64,000 nucleotides of DNA from Anaeramoeba ignava BMAN (lineage: Eukaryota > Protista > Anaeramoebae): positions 992,001 through 1,056,000 of the forward strand of contig JAPDFW010000063.1 of NCBI GenBank assembly GCA_028826165.1, read 5' to 3'. The position numbers and the translations under genes are program-made. This document shows positions 24,130 through 36,292 of this stretch, piece after piece. The notes below the pieces were generated by a model, which searched no databases, was not told the DNA's origin, and saw only the letters and a list, made by a program, of their open reading frames with translations. How positions within the stretch are numbered: position 1 is the first letter of the stretch; each line of letters begins with the position of its first letter.

Positions 24130-27100
24130 TAATTAATATTAAATTTAAATTAATTATAATTTATTATTTTAAAATGATTTATAATTAAATTATTAATGAT
24201 TTATTATTAAATTATTATTAAATTATTATTAAAAAAGTGGAATAAATATTTTAGAATAAAATATTTAATAAATTATTTAATATTTAATTTAAATTAATTA
24301 TAATTTATTATTTTGAAATGATTTATAATTAAATTATTAATAATTTATTATTTAAAAATTAATTAAAAATTAATTAAAAATGGAATAAATATTTTTGAAT
24401 TAAATACTTAATAAATTATTTAATATTAAATTTAAATTAATTATAATTTATTATTTTAAAATTATTAATAAATTATTATTAAAAATTAATTTAAAAATTA
24501 ATTAAAAAATTAATTTAAAATTAATTAAAAATTAATTAAAAATGGAATTAAATACTTAATAAATTATTTAATATTTAATTTAAAATTAATTATAATTTAT
24601 TATTTTAAAATTGATTTATAATTAAATTATTAATAAATTATTATTTAAAAATTAATTAAAAATTAATTAAAAATTGAAATAAATATTTTGGAATAAAATA
24701 CTTAATAAATTATTTAATATTTAATTTAAATTAATTATAATTTATTATTTTAAAATGATTTATAATTACATCATTATTAAATTATTATTTAAAAATTAAT
24801 ATAAAATTAATTAAAAATTGAATAAATATTTTGGAATTAATTATTTAATAAATTATTTAATATTTAATTTAAATTAATTATAATTTATTATTTTTAAAAT
24901 GATTTATAATTAAATTATTATTAAATTATTATTCAAAAATTAATAATAAATTAATTAAAAATGGAATAAATATTTTTGAATTAAATACTTAATAAATTAT
25001 TTAATATTTAATTTAAATTAATTATAATTTATTATTTTAAAATGATTTATAATTAAATTATTATTAAATTATTATTAAAAATTAATTAAAAATTAATTAA
25101 AAATGGAATAAATATTTTGGAATAAAATACTTAATAAATTATTTAATATTTAATTTAAATTAATTATAATTTATTATTTTAAAAAGATTTATAATTAAAT
25201 TATTATTAAATTATTATTTAAAAAAATAATTTAAAATTAATTAAAAATTGAAATAAATATTTTGGAATTAAATATTTAATAAATTATTTAACATTAAATT
25301 TAAATTAATTATAATTTATTATTTTAAATTGATTTATAATTAAATTATTATTAAATTATTATTAAAAATTAATTAAAAATTAATTAAAAATGGAATAAAT
25401 ATTTTAGAATAAAATATTTAATAAATTATTTAATATTTAATTTAAATTAATTATAATTTATTATTTTAAAATGATTTATAAATTAAATTATTATTAAATT
25501 ATTATTAAAAATTAATTAAAAATTAATTAAAAATGGAATAAATATTTTAGAATTAAATACTTAATAAATTATTTAATATTAAATTTGAATTAATTATAAT
25601 TTATTATTTCAAAATGATTTATAATTAAATTATTATTAAATTATTATTTAAAAAATAATAATAAATTAATTAAAAATGGAATAAATATTTTAGAATAAAA
25701 TATTTAATAAATTATTTAATATTAAATTTAAATTAATTTATAATTTATTATTTCAAAATGATTTATAATTAAATTATTAATAAATTATTATTAAAAATTT
25801 AATAAAAATTAATTAAAAAGTGGAATTAAATATTTTTGCATTAATTATTTATTAAATTATTTAATATCAAATTTAAATTATTTATAATTTATTATTTTAA
25901 AAATGATTTATAATTAAATTATAATTAAATTATTATTAAATTATTATTTAAAAATTAATAAAAATTAATTAAAAAGTGGAATAAATATTTTGGAATAAAA
26001 TACTTAATAAATTATTTAATATTTAATTTGAATTAATTATAATTTATTATTTTAAAATGAATTGTAATTAAATTATTATTAAATTATTATTTAAAAATTA
26101 ATATAAAATTAATTAAAAATTGAAATAAATATTTTAGAATAAAATACTTAATAAATTATTTAATATTTAATTTAAATTAATTATAATTTATTATTTTAAA
26201 TTGATTTATAATTAAATTATTATTAAATTATTATTTAAAAATTAATTAAAAATTTATTAAAAATGGAATTGAATATTTTAGAATAAAAATATTTAATAAA
26301 TTATTTAATATTTAATTTGAATTAATTATAATTTATTATTCTAAAAAGATTTATAATTAAAATTATTAAATTATTATTAAATTATTATTAAAAATTAATT
26401 AAAAATTAATTAAAAATGGAATTGAATATTTTTGTATTAAAATATTTAATAAATTATTTAACATTAAATTTAAATTAATTATAATTTATTATTTTAAAAT
26501 GATTTATAATTAAAATTATTAATAATTTATTATTTAAAAATTAATATAAAATTAATTAAAAAGTGGAATAAATATTTTGGAATTAAATATTTAATAAATT
26601 ATTTAATATTTAATTTTAAACTAATTATAATTTATTATTCTAAAAAGATTTATAATTAAATTATTATTAAATTATTATTTAAAAATTTATATAAAATTAA
26701 TTAAATATTTTAGAATTAAATACTTAATAAATTATTTAATATTTAATTTGAATTAATTATAGTTTATTATTTTAAAAAGATTTATAATTAAATTATTAAT
26801 AAATTATTATTTAATATTAAATTTAAATTAATTATAATTTATTATTTTGAAATGATTTATAAATAAATTATTAATAAATTATTTAATATTAAATTTAAAT
26901 TAATTATAATTTATTATTTTAAAAAGATTTATAATTAAATTATTATTAAATTATTATTTAAAAATAATATAAAATTAATTAAAAAGTGGAATTAAATATT
27001 TTTGCATTAATTATTTATTAAATTATTTAATATCAAATTTAAATTATTTATAATTTATTATTTTAAAATGATTTATAATTAAATTATAATTAAATTATTA

Positions 27101-29240
27101 TTAAATTATTATTTAAAAATTAATAAAAATTAATTAAAAAGTGGAATAAATATTTTTGAACTAAATACTTAATAAATTATTTAATATTTAATTTAAATTA
27201 ATTATAATTTATTATTTTAAAATGAATTGTAATTAAATTATTAATAAATTATTATTAAAAATTAATATAAAATTAATTAAAAAGTGGAATAAATATTTTA
27301 GAATAAAATACTTAATAAATTATTTAATATTAAATTTAAATTAATTATAATTTAATTATTTTAAAAAGATTTATAATTAAATTATTATTAAATTATTATT
27401 TAAAAATTAATATAAAATTAATTAAAAATGGAATAAATATTTTGGAATAAAATATTTAATAAATTATTTAATATTTAATTTGAATTATTTATAATTTATT
27501 ATTTTAAAAGATTTATAATTAAATTATTAATAAATTATTATTTAAAAATTTAATAAAAATTAATTAAAAATGGAATAAATATTTTTGAATTAAATATTTA
27601 ATAAATTATTTAATATTTAATTTAAATTAATTATAATTTATTATTTTAAAATGATTTATAATTAAAATTATTATTAAATTATTATTTAAAAATTTAATAA
27701 AAATTAATTAAAAATGGAATTGAATATTTTTGAATTAAATACTTAATAAAATTATTTAATATTTAATTTAAACTAATTATAATTTATTATTTTAAAATGA
27801 TTTATAATTAAATTATTATTAAATTATATTTAAAAATTAATATAAAATTAATTAAAAATGGAATTGAATATTTTGGAATAAAATATTTAATAAATTATTT
27901 AATATTTAATTTAAACTAATTATAATTTATTATTTTAAAAAGATTTATAATTAAATTATTATTAATTTATTATTTAAAAATTAATATAAAATTAATTAAA
28001 AAATGGAATAAATATTTTTGCATTAAATACTTAATAAATTATTTAATATTTAATTTAAATTAATTATAATTTATTATTTTAAAATGATTTGTAATTAAAT
28101 TATTATTAAATTATTATTTAAAAATAATATAAAATTAATTAAAAATTGAATAAATATTTTGGAATAAAATATTCAATAAATTATTTAATATTAAATTTAA
28201 ATTAATTATAATTTATTATTTTAAAAATATTTATAATTAAATTATTATTAAATTATTATTTAAAAATTAATATAAAATTAATTAAAAAGTGGAATAAATA
28301 TTTTGGAATTAAATATTTAATAAATTATTTAATATTTAATTTAAACTAATTATAATTTATTATTCTAAAAAGATTTATAATTAAATTATTATTAAATTAT
28401 TATTTAAAAATTTATATAAAATTAATTAAATATTTTAGAATTAAATACTTAATAAATTATTTAATATTTAATTTGAATTAATTATAATTTATTATTTTAA
28501 AATGATTTATAATTAAATTATTATTAATTTATTATTTAAAAATTAATAAAAATTAATTAAAAATTAAATTAAATATTTTGGAATTAAATACTTAATAAAT
28601 TATTTAATATTAAATTTAAATTAATTATGATTTATTATTCTAAAAAGATTTATAATTAAATTATTATTAAATTATTATTTAAAAATTTATTTAAAATTAA
28701 TTAAAAATGGAATTAAATATTTTGGAATTAAATACTTAATAAATTATTTAATATTAAAATTTAAATTAATTATAATTTATTATTTTAAAAAGATTTATAA
28801 TTAAATTATTATTAAATTATTATTTAAAAATTAATATAAAATTAATTAAAAATTGAATTGAATATTTTGGAATAAAATATTTAATAAATTATTTAATATT
28901 AAATTTAAATTAATTATAATTTATTATTTTAAAATGATTTATAATTAAATTATTATTAATTTATTATTTAAAAATTAATAAAAATTAATTAAAAATAAAT
29001 TAAATATTTTGGAATTAAATACTTAATAAATTATTTAATATTAAATTTAAATTAATTATAATTTATTATTTTAAAAAGATTTGTAATTAAATTATTATTA
29101 AATTATTATTTAAAAAATAATAAAAAATTAAATAAAAAATGGAATAAATATTTTTACATTAATTATTTAATAAATTATTTAATATTTAATTTAAATCAAT
29201 TATAGTTTATTATTCTAAAATGATTTATTATTAAATTAAA
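24130..29240. repeat. Satellite B, ~142-144-bp monomer (left array, roughly 35 copies)
   Basis: Recurring unit ...ATTAATTAAAAATGGAATAAATATTTT(G/A)GAAT(T/A)AAATA(C/T)TTAATAAATTATTTAATATT..., e.g. at 24963, 25105, 25392, 25535, 25678. Confidence 0.92.
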
Positions 29241-29291
29241 TTCAAAAAATGAAAAAAAATATTTCAGTTTTTTCTTTACAAAAAAAATAAA

Positions 29292-31352
29292 ATGAATAAG
29301 AAAATTAAATTAATTCAAACATTCCCATTTATGGAATTCAATCCAATTTTCCAATTTCCAATCACAAAAAACAATAGGGAGTGTTTCACAAACCAAATTC
29401 TTCAAAACGGTCTCTCCAAATACTACCGAAAAGAAGATAATTCTGAGATCGGAATTGGCTACTGCGGAGGTTCTCTCCCAATAAGAACCACAAAAATGAA
29501 GAATTCAGAAAAAATGATTCCCTTTTTATTTTATCCAAAAGGAGAAATCAGCTTGATAATGAAAACCATAATAGGAAAGGAATATATCATTAAAGTTCCA
29601 AAAAATGCAACAATTATGGATCTTAAAGAGAAATTATCAACTGTTCTTTATGTTTCTGCTGATAATCAAAGAATGATTTCTGCTGGTAGAGGTTTGGAAG
29701 ATGGAAGGACAATATCTTCCTATCGAATCACTGATAACTCACCCATTCATGTTGTTTTCCGTCTTAGAAGTTGTGTTATAGAAGAGTTTTCTCTTCCTCC
29801 AAAATTGGATCTTTTTGAATTCTCTCAAAACTTTTTTGATACACACAATCCAATACAAAATGATAAAATCATTCAAAGCATGAATGCAAATGATATTTGT
29901 GAATGGGAAGATGACAACAAAGTTTTCAAGCTTCCTGTATTTTTTAAAGAAATGAAGCTTCCAAACAAGCGGTCAAATAAAGAGTATTTGCGAATTCATC
30001 GAGGAATTAATTTCTATTGTTGCTGTTTAAATCCAAATTGCGAGATTTATAATACCTACTTCTCTCACTATCCTTCAAAAAATGAGGCAATCGAAGAAAA
30101 GATGCGAGTTATTCATGTTCAAAAATATCTCAAAAAAATTCAATGTCCCAAATGTGGCTCTCACAACTTCAAACTTGAAAAATTATATTTCTTTTCTTGT
30201 AATGTGATGTGGGAAGGTTATAAAGACAACTTGAAATATTTTCAGCCATGGATTTCAACTCCAGAAAACCGCAATAATTACTCTTTATACCAAGACTACG
30301 ACTATATCTATTCCATTCCTCTTCTCCAAAATTTGGATGAATGGGGAGATTTGAAAATCGGAATTTCAGCAGATACATATTGTTCGTTATGTTTGCCTCT
30401 AATTTATGAACCTTGGTGGGGATTTTCCTTTAAGATTATCACTTGCAAGAAATGCAAAAGATTTTTCCATCATCATTGTTTCGAGAAGTGGAAAAAAAAG
30501 GAAAATTTGGAAAAGTTTTTTTATTGTCCGTTTTGCAAGTTTTCTCTTTCAAATGATTTGTTGAAACTTCTCGATTCAAAAAAGGGAGATTTCGAAATCA
30601 TTTCCAAAAATGGAGTTAAATTCAACATTTTTTTTGAATTATTAAAAGCGCGCCTTTCTACAAAAGAAAATTCAGATCAAATCTCAAAAGAATTTCTTCA
30701 AGAAATTTTTTCTCAGTCAAACTCATATATTGTTGAAAGAATTCTGAAATGGGTTTGTTCAGGATTTGATTATGTTATGATGAATGAATACACAGAAGAT
30801 GATGAAAAAGAAATTAAATTAATTGAGCAACATTCCAATTTTTTGGGAATCAATTACGAAACTTATGAACAAGAATTTTATGGTACGCTCCAAAAGATAT
30901 TCAAGTGTGAAAATTTCAAAGATGAATTTAACAACAAAAGTAAATATCATGGGATTTTGGCAGATATGAAAAAACTCTATCAAACAGAATCTACAAAAGA
31001 TTTCAAAATTATTGTCGAAGAAAGGGAAATAAGAATTCACAAATTCATCTTACAAGCAAGAAGTCAATTATATTATTCAATGTTTGAAAATGTTGATGAT
31101 CCTTCTAATTCCGTTCATGATTATTCAACCAAATCTTTTGAAACAATTAGAGTTTTGTTTGAATATTTTTATACCAATGAAATTCCGGAAAATTTATCCC
31201 AAAAAATGCAAAATGAATTGGAAGATGTTCTTGAATATTATCAACTTTCAGAAGATCCATTACAAATTAATTCAAGTTTAGTTACAAGTTTCTTTTCAAA
31301 ATTAAATTCAAGTTCAAATCCAAATTCAAATGAGAATCTAAACAAAAATTGA
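29292..31352 (+). CDS. Ubiquitin-like, Cys-rich, C4HC3 (PHD/RINGv-type) finger and tandem BTB protein; intronless
   Basis: Ubl ISLIMKTIIGKEY...QRMISAGRGLEDGRTISSYRITDNSPIHVVFRLRS; Cys-rich GINFYCCCLNPNC...CPKC; CSLC...CKKCKRFFHHHCFEKW...CPFC; BTB GDFEII...ELLKARL and KDFKIIVEEREIRIHKFILQARSQLYYSMF. Confidence 0.85.
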   Translation: MNKKIKLIQTFPFMEFNPIFQFPITKNNRECFTNQILQNGLSKYYRKEDNSEIGIGYCGGSLPIRTTKMKNSEKMIPFLFYPKGEISLIMKTIIGKEYIIKVPKNATIMDLKEKLSTVLYVSADNQRMISAGRGLEDGRTISSYRITDNSPIHVVFRLRSCVIEEFSLPPKLDLFEFSQNFFDTHNPIQNDKIIQSMNANDICEWEDDNKVFKLPVFFKEMKLPNKRSNKEYLRIHRGINFYCCCLNPNCEIYNTYFSHYPSKNEAIEEKMRVIHVQKYLKKIQCPKCGSHNFKLEKLYFFSCNVMWEGYKDNLKYFQPWISTPENRNNYSLYQDYDYIYSIPLLQNLDEWGDLKIGISADTYCSLCLPLIYEPWWGFSFKIITCKKCKRFFHHHCFEKWKKKENLEKFFYCPFCKFSLSNDLLKLLDSKKGDFEIISKNGVKFNIFFELLKARLSTKENSDQISKEFLQEIFSQSNSYIVERILKWVCSGFDYVMMNEYTEDDEKEIKLIEQHSNFLGINYETYEQEFYGTLQKIFKCENFKDEFNNKSKYHGILADMKKLYQTESTKDFKIIVEEREIRIHKFILQARSQLYYSMFENVDDPSNSVHDYSTKSFETIRVLFEYFYTNEIPENLSQKMQNELEDVLEYYQLSEDPLQINSSLVTSFFSKLNSSSNPNSNENLNKN

Positions 31353-31353
31353 T

Positions 31354-33750
31354 AAAAAATTTATATAAAATTAATTAAATATTTTTGTATTAAATACTTA
31401 ATAAATTATTTAATATTTAATTTGAATTAATTATAATTTATTATTTTAAAATGATTTATAATTAAATTATTATTAAATTATTATTTAAAAAATTAATATA
31501 AAATTAATTAAAAAATGGAATTGAATATTTTTGAATTAAATATTTATTAAATTATTTAATATTAAATTTAAATTAATTATAATTTATTATTTTAAAAAGA
31601 TTTATAATTAAATTATTATTAATTTATTATTTAAAAATTAATAAAAATTAATTAAAAATTAATTAAATATTTTGAATTAATTATTTAATAAATTATTTTA
31701 ATATTTAATTTAAATTAATTATAATTTATTATTTTTGAAAAGATTTGTAATTAAATTATTATTAAATTATTATTTTAAAAATTTAATAAAAATTAATTAA
31801 AAATTGAATAAATATTTTTGAATTAAATATTTAATAAATTATTTAATATTTAATTTAAATTAATTATAATTTATTATTTTAAAAAGATTTATAATTAAAT
31901 TATTAATAAATTATTATTTAAAAATTAATAATAAATTAATTAAAAATGGAATAAATATTTTGGAATTAAATACTTAATAAATTATTTAATATTAAATTTA
32001 AATTAATTATAATTTATTATTTTAAAAGATTTATAATTAAATTATTATTAAATTATTATTTAAAAATAATATAAAATTAATTAAAAATGGAATTGAATAT
32101 TTTGGAATTAAATATTTAATAAATTATTTAATATTTAATTTGAATTAATTATAATTTATTATTTTAAAATGATTTATAATTAAATTATTATTAAATTATT
32201 ATTTAAAAAATTAATTTAAAATTAATTAAAAATAAATTAAATATTTTGGAATTAAATATTTAATAAATTATTTAATATTAAATTTAAATTAATTATAATT
32301 TATTATTTTAAAAGATTTGTAATTAAATTATTATTAAATTATTATTTAAAAATTTAATAAAAATTAATTAAAAATGGAATAAATATTTTTGCATTAAATA
32401 TTTATTAAATTATTTAATATTTAATTTAATTTAATTATAATTTATTATTTTGAAAAGATTTGTAATTAAATTATTATTAAATTATTATTTAAAAATTAAT
32501 AAAAATTAATTAAAAATGGAATAAAATACTTAATAAATTATTTAATATTTAATTTAATTTAAACTAATTATAATTTATTATTTTGAAATGATTTATAATT
32601 AAATTATTATTAAATTATTATTTAAAAATTAATAAAAATTAATTAAAAATTGAATAAATATTTTGGAATTAAATACTTTAATAAAGTATTTAATATTTAA
32701 TTTAACTTAATTATAATTTATTATTTTAAAATGATTTATAATTAAATTATTATTAAATTATTATTTAAAAATAATATAAAATTAATTAAAAATGGAATAA
32801 ATATTTTTGCATTAAATATTTAATAAATTATTTAATATTAAATTTAAACTAATTATAATTTATTATTTTAAAAAGATTTATAATTAAATTATTATTAAAT
32901 TATATTTAAAAATTAATAAAAATTAATTAAAAATGGAATAAATATTTTGGAATTAAATACTTAATAAATTATTTAATATTTAATTTAAATTAATTATAAT
33001 TTATTATTTTAAAAAGATTTATAATTAAATTATTATTAAATTATTATTTAAAAATTAATATAAAATTAATTAAAAATGGAATTGAATATTTTTGAATTAA
33101 ATATTTAATAAATTATTTAATATTTAATTTGAATTAATTATAATTTATTATTTTAAAATGATTTATAATTAAATTATTATTAAATTATTATTTAAAAATA
33201 ATAAAAATTAATTAAAAATGGAATTAAATATTTTGGAATTAAATATTTATTAAATTATTTAATATTTAATTTAAATCAATTATAGTTTATTATTTTAAAA
33301 TGATTTATAATTAAATTATTATTAAATTATTATTTAAAAATTAATAATAAATTAATTAAAAAAATTAAATTAAATATTTTTGTATTAAATATTTAATAAA
33401 TTATTTAATATTTAATTTAAATTATTTATAATTTATTATTTTGAAAAGATTTGTAATTAAATTATTATTAAATTATTATTTAAAAATTAATATAAAATTA
33501 ATTAAAAGATGGAATAAAATATTTTGGAATAAAATATTTAATAAATTATTTAATATTTAATTTAAATTAATTATAATTTATTATTTTAAAATGATTTATA
33601 ATTAAATTATTATTAAATTATTATTTAAAAATTTATTTAAAATTAATTAAAAAGTGGAATTAATATTTTTGAATTAAATATTTAATAAATTATTTAATAT
33701 TAAATTTAAATTAATTATAATTTATTATTTTAAAAAGATTTATAATTAAT
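31354..33750. repeat. Satellite B (right array, roughly 17 copies), same orientation as the left array
   Basis: The same monomer resumes immediately after the stop codon of the Ubl-BTB gene. Confidence 0.92.
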
Positions 33751-33881
33751 TTTAAATAATTTAATTTTCAACAAGCAAAAAAAAAATTGATTAAAAAACT
33801 CACACTTCAAACCAAATAAATAAAAAAAGAAACAAAAAAAAAATTAATCAAAATCATTTTTTTTGGTTTAGAATCAATAAG

Positions 33882-34889
33882 ATGAGATACATAACCCTTT
33901 TCGCTATTCTTTTTGCTTTAGCAACATGCATGAATGACGAAATGCTTTTCAATCACTTCAAAAACAAATTCAATAAAAAATACAGCGCAGAAGAAGAAGC
34001 AATGCGATTCAAGATTTTCCAACAGAATTTAAGACACATTGAAGAACACAATTCTGGCGAATCTAGTTACAAATTAGGAATCACACAATTTGCAGACTTG
34101 ACCAACGCAGAATATCAACAACTCTATTTACGACCGATGAAAGTTAATCACGAAGTTCCAATTATAAGACACAAAGAATTACCAAAAGATGATCCAACTG
34201 ATTTGGATTGGAGAAAAAAAGGAGCAGTTACACCAATTAAGGATCAAGGAGGATGTGGATCATGCTGGGCATTCTCAACAACAGGAATGATTGAAGGCTG
34301 CACAGTTGTTGATAACACGACAGAAGGAGGACATGAATTGATTTCACTTTCTGAACAACAAATAGTGGATTGTGATAAAGAAAACGGTCAAGAAGGTTGC
34401 ACAGGCGGATATCCACATTATGCCATGGATTGGGTAACTTCCATCAATGGATTGTGCACAGAGAAAGCTTATCCCTACACTGGTGAAGATGATACCTGCA
34501 AGACAACTAAAGACCCAAAGTTTTGCACAGCTGCCTCTACTTTAGATAATCATTACGAAGTAACTGTAGGAGATGAAGGTGATCTTGAGACAAAATTAAT
34601 CAAATACGGACCCATTTCTGTTGCTATTGATGCATCAAGTTGGGACTTTGAACTCTATACTAGCGGTATTTACTTTGAAGATGGATGTTCAACTACTGAT
34701 TTGGATCATGCTGTCTTAGTTGTTGGTTATCACAATGAAGCAACTGTTAACAAGAGATATTGGATTGTTAAGAATTCTTGGGGCACTTCTTGGGGTATTC
34801 AAGGTTATATCTGGATGTCAAAGGATAGAGATAACAATTGCGGTATTGCTTCTGATGCTTGGTGGGGAACTGGATGCCATAATGTTTAA
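33882..34889 (+). CDS. Cathepsin L-like C1A cysteine protease (copy 5, divergent, with short insertions)
   Basis: DLDWRKKGAVTPIKDQGGCGSCWAF, LDHAV, KNSWG, GYIWMSKDRDNNCGIAS. Confidence 0.95.
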   Translation: MRYITLFAILFALATCMNDEMLFNHFKNKFNKKYSAEEEAMRFKIFQQNLRHIEEHNSGESSYKLGITQFADLTNAEYQQLYLRPMKVNHEVPIIRHKELPKDDPTDLDWRKKGAVTPIKDQGGCGSCWAFSTTGMIEGCTVVDNTTEGGHELISLSEQQIVDCDKENGQEGCTGGYPHYAMDWVTSINGLCTEKAYPYTGEDDTCKTTKDPKFCTAASTLDNHYEVTVGDEGDLETKLIKYGPISVAIDASSWDFELYTSGIYFEDGCSTTDLDHAVLVVGYHNEATVNKRYWIVKNSWGTSWGIQGYIWMSKDRDNNCGIASDAWWGTGCHNV

Positions 34890-35136
34890 ATTCCAAATTT
34901 CTTTTCCACTTTTTTTTTTAAATTCCAAATTTCTTTTCCACTTTTTTTTTTTAATTCCAAATTTCTTTTCCACTTTTTTTTTTTATCCGAAAACATGAAA
35001 ACTATTTTCGAGATTACTAAAAAAACACAATGAAAGAAAAGGAGAAAAGAATTCCTTTCTTTCTGAGCGAATCAAAATCAAATTTTTAAATTTATTTTTA
35101 ATTTTTTAATTTGAATTTTATTTTTTAATTTGAATT

Positions 35137-36165
35137 TTATTTATCCTTTTTCTTTTCTTTTTCATCTAAAATTGCAGTTTTCAAACCAAGAATTTCAAGT
35201 TCCGAATCAGCAACTGAGAATTTATGACTATACAATTGCAAATTTTCCTTTTCAGCAATTAGGAAGTTTGTAGGATCCCTAACACCACTCAAAGAAACAG
35301 GAGGAGGCATCATAGGAGTGCTTGTTGGCATTTTGCGAATTTTGGCAATTGGTGCGAAATAAGAATAAACAGTTTTTTTATCGAGCCAAACAGATATCAT
35401 GTCCACAACCCCGCGAAGCCCAAAGAAAACAAGGAAATACCACGAAAGACTGGATACATACGATGCATTGAGATACTTTAGATTAATCCCATATTGGAAC
35501 ATCTTTTTCAAGTTGTCACTTAACGGAAATGGAAATTTCACTGTGATTTTTTATCGTCCAATTGTAACATTCATAACCAAAGAAGAAAATATAAAAATGA
35601 TAAATAAAAATGTTTGCATTGAGTTTTATCAAACAGAAATATGCGGGTGCTTACCGACAATAAAGCCTTCAAAAAAGAAATTCACCCACGTCATTAAAAT
35701 GAATTGTGGCAATATGTTCGACAAATTTGATTTTAAACCCGGCATTAAAGATGTTGGATCGAAAAGTGGATTGACTGCCTTTTGAGCCGAACGATTCGAT
35801 AGAATGCCCTTTTGCGGCTCTGTGAGGTAATACTTCCTCATTTCATATGATTCTTTTGATATTAAATTTCCATTCAAACGCAATCGTGTCGACCGTTGGA
35901 TTGCTTGCATCTCTCGTATAGTCTCCTGTTTGTTTGTTTGCGCATTGTTTTTTTGTTCAGTAAAATTGTTCGTGCGTTTTTGATAATTTTCGTTTAGTTT
36001 TTTTTGTTCTTTTTGTGCGTATTTTTTTATTTCCTTTACCTTGGTTTCTTTTTTTGGATCAGTTTCAAATAATTTTAAGATATAGTTTTTGAGAATTCCG
36101 ACTAAAAAAATCACATAAACAAGGGGAAATAAAACCCAATTTTTTATTTGAGGATCTAATTTCAT
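35137..36165 (-). CDS. EMC3: ER membrane protein complex subunit 3; introns 35654-35541 and probably 36039-35926
   Basis: MKLDPQIKNWVLFPL...LMTWVNFFFEGFIV|VKFPFPLSDNLKKMFQYGI...ASYVSSLSWYFLVFFGLRGV are EMC3/TMEM111 signature motifs. Confidence 0.9.
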
Positions 36166-36292
36166 CAATTAGAAAAGAAAAGAAAAGAAAAATAAAAAAA
36201 TAATAAATTTTTTTTTTTCATTTTTTATTTAAAAACACAAATAAAAGCAAAAGCAAAAATAAAAACAAAAATAAAAACAGACAGATTTTTAT

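Noticed and set aside
20425-33750. Satellites as centromere, telomere or organellar insertion
   Set aside because: No G-rich telomeric motif and no organellar genes; centromere function cannot be judged from sequence alone.
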